Origin: Callorhinchus milii
Lineage: Eukaryota
Assembly: GCF_018977255.1 (NCBI RefSeq)
Contig: NW_024704742.1
Span: 36,892,001 to 36,956,000 of the forward strand
DNA: 64,000 nt
Reading direction: 5' to 3'
In this document: positions 60,870-64,000 of the stretch, one piece after another
Numbering within the stretch: position 1 is the first letter of the stretch
How the letters are laid out: every line of letters starts with the position of its first letter
The notes under the pieces: generated by a model
What the model saw: only the letters and a program-made list of their open reading frames with translations
What the model was told of the DNA's origin: nothing
Database searches by the model: none
Program-made: the position numbers and the translations under genes

Positions 60870-62449
60870 GTAAGGAAGTGCAGCTTTCTGTTTGTGCCAT
60901 GGTATTATTAATCTTTGTGGATTCAAGTACTTTTAGGAAACATTTTGAAGTAGACATTTGTGAGCCTTTCAATGTCTGGTTGAATCAGCTTTAAACATCG
61001 TCTATTCCTAATACCCTAACTTTGCAGCCTAAACTTTCCTTCACTTGTAAACACCCACAAGAGACGTCCCAGCTTGCATTGGTTGGCAGCAACATTTGAT
61101 TCACAGGAAACAGCTACTTCAGCTCCAAACACAATGCAATTTTTATGGGAAAATTGTTTGACCCTAATGTACATCCAGTAGCAGTTGGCAAAAGGTTTAT
61201 GAGTCTGCGATGGTATTTATGAATACACATAATACTTTTATGGGCCTTTTAAACCAAAACATTTTGTTTTTCCTGCTCATTATCCAGTACAGCAGTTACA
61301 TCCCATTCGTTTGAAACAATTTACTAGTTTACATTAAGCAACTTGTTTAAGCATTCTTCTGTAACTGCCTTGGAGACTGCAGTAAAAGCCTATACCAGAG
61401 AGAGACTGTTCTAAACCCATTATGAGACATCGTACTGATCCAGGCAGCTCCATTGTATTGCTCAAGGAGATTGCAAATGAGAAGATGATGGTGACTTTCC
61501 GATGGATTAGTTTTGAAAGCTCTTCCAGCTAATAAGATTTCAAACTGTACTGCAAGCCATTCAGTCCACGTCTCCTACAAGCATTGTACTAATTTCTGTA
61601 CTAGATTAAAGTATTCACCATGATAAAGCATGAAAAGGGCTTCAGACTGATTTGATGAACAGACTGAATGTGATGGAAATTCATGCCATTTCAACTTGTG
61701 GGCTCCCTTCCGACCCACCTAATTATCTTATTGCTGAGCATAGGTCTGCCTTATTCTCTGATAGAAAAGCAGAGCATTTAATAAATAATAGATAATAAAT
61801 ATTTAATAAAAAAGCAGGTAGGAGAACAATGCAGGGCTATGGTTACTGACTTTGCTCCCTCTTCTCCTCTTTCCCCTTCATTAACCCTGGAAGTGACAGG
61901 TCTTTAAAAAAGGTGAAACTGATCCCTGTGTTATTACCTCAGGAGTCAGCATTTTTATGTGTAATGCTGGCTTTAACAAAATGAATAATACTACAACACC
62001 CCACCCTGTAAAACCTTATAGTGTTTAAGCATGGATTAATTGGATTTAGAAATATTTTGACAAATAGCTTTGAGGCATAGCAAAGATATAAGAGTCTGTG
62101 TGGTGCAATGTTGGAGACAGTTAAGTAAGGAGATATTAGAGAGAACAGTAGAAACAGTCAGCTACACATGGGACATCTGCAGAGAATGCTGTAATTGTTC
62201 AAGTTTGGGACAAGATGGTTCACCAAACCAGATGGGCTCCTGAACAAGCAGAAGCAAACCACATCAATCATTGCTGACAGAAAATTGCCTGTAATTTAAT
62301 AAGTCGGTTAGTGACATACTCAACTGCAAAGGGAATAGGAGTTATTATAGGAAAATCTTTTGATCCCAGTTAAATGTATTAATCCAGTTCATTGTGATAA
62401 AATAACTACTGTATATTTTGCATGCAGAAAAAAATAGAAAATAGTTCAA

Positions 62450-62655
62450 TACAAATTTACATTTATATAGCTCCTTTCACATGGCGAGAATGCCTCAAGG
62501 TGCTTAACAATCCTGGCTTGGTACACAAGCTGGGGTTGGAGCTGATGGGAGTGGGGAGGGGAAAGATGATCAAAGTGTGGTCAAAGAGGAAGGTCTTGAG
62601 ACAAACGTTGAACAAGGTGAGGGAGCAAGCAAATTGGAGGGACTCCGGGATGGAT
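62450..62655 (-). mobile_element. Old L2 3' fragment
   Basis: Similar to 36503-36700. Confidence 0.65.
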
Positions 62656-63861
62656 GTGATGCACCTAATGCAGTGCTCAACAGGAAAATGACATGACAGC
62701 TAGCCATGAATATTCTGATGGTCATTAATATCTATGCATTCTGGCTAAAGTGTACATAATGTCCATTGCCAAGGTAACATCTTGTAATGTACTTTCAGAC
62801 TGACATTTGCAAACGCTCTAAATCTGATCTGAACCTTCTTTGGATCAGTTTTGTTGCCTGTGAAGGGTGCTGAAAGAGACCAAACTATATCTTTCCAGTT
62901 GACTTGTGCAGGTAAACCCAGACCACTGTATCCAATTATAAGTCCATTGGCAGTGGTGACTGTGTCGCCGTGACACATGCACAGTGTGCTGCCATGCCCC
63001 AAGACACAATGTACTGTTCAGTCAAGATTTCCAATGGTTTATATCACAGTTAATCATATCCATAGTGCAGAGCCCTTACTAAAATTCAGCCCACTCTGAG
63101 TTAAACATAGCTCCAAGCAGACCTGCTTTGACCCAAACTCAAACCAGACTGATTTCAGCAAAGAACAGTTCAAGCGCAGCAAGAGAGATGCTGTGCAAGA
63201 GCATTAGTTTGCTGATGCTTGAAACTATTCCTGTCATAGTCTGAAAAATGGTTCTGAGTGTGGCATCATGTGATTCATTGCACATATGCATCAGATTGGA
63301 TTAAACAAGCCGCAGATTCTAATGATTACAATCCTTGCTCTCCTAATGCGTATTTCTGACTGTCTCTAACAACATTTCACTGCTCCACTATAAGATTATG
63401 GCTTAGCTAATGTATAAACCCTCCCGTCACACATTGTTAAGCAAGTTTTCTTAAGTTAATAAGGCATCTTTGATGCTGATTTCTATTTCTCATTTAACCT
63501 ATTGTGTCCCTTATGGGGCACCTCACTAAGAAGGATGGCAAGGCCATATAGAGGGTGCACAGGAGATTCACGGGGATGATCCCATAGAGGAGATTGTGTA
63601 GTGGTAATGTTAGACAAGAAAACCCATGGATTCAAATCTCGCTATGGCAGTTGTGTAATTTAAATTAAACAAAATTGGTAATTTGAGCTTCCAGCAGTTT
63701 TTACAACAATAATGCTGTATTATTGTAAAAACTTAATTGGTTCACTAATGCCATTCGGGGAAGAACATTGTCTGTACACAAAATATTTTTGTTCTCAAAA
63801 TATACGGTCAATTCACTACAGTGTAATCTTTGAAGCACTTTGAGACATCTCAAGGATGTGA

Positions 63862-64000
63862 TAATAATAATAATAATCCTTGCATTTGATATAGCGCTTT
63901 TCATGTCGGGAGGACGTCCCAAAGCGCTTCACAGAATAAACTGTAAAGTGAATTGACTGTATATTTGTGGGCAAACGCGGCAGCCAATTGCGCACAGCAA
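63862..64000 (-). mobile_element. tRNA-SINE 3' half, truncated by the window end
   Basis: Reverse complement of the family A tail with (TTA)n. Confidence 0.9.

Overview
This is vertebrate, repeat-rich, almost entirely intronic DNA. The repeat repertoire (Deu-domain SINEs, tRNA-Ala SINEs with L2-type tails, L2 and CR1 LINE fragments, Penelope-type palindromes) points to a cartilaginous fish, probably a chimaera such as Callorhinchus; that assignment is inference. The + strand carries part of ARHGAP24 (FilGAP): the exon ending the PH domain (52555-52677), the p73RhoGAP-type alternative first exon (58530-58641) and the first RhoGAP exon (60662-60869). A further candidate first exon at 15607-15658 encodes an MG-x-x-C lipidation-like N-terminus that splices in frame to the downstream exons. 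None of the supplied ORFs is a real gene; they are LINE debris, SINE read-through or noise. Notable non-coding structure: two TSD-flanked Penelope-like elements with minimal hammerhead ribozyme cores, three SINE families sharing one L2-recognition tail, an LF-SINE-like copy, an unidentified ancient ~0.7 kb repeat in 3 copies, a 109-bp Tc1/mariner MITE, a U2 snRNA 5' fragment, a foldback duplication and several hairpins. Repeat boundaries are approximate, and family names come from recalled consensus sequences rather than database searches.
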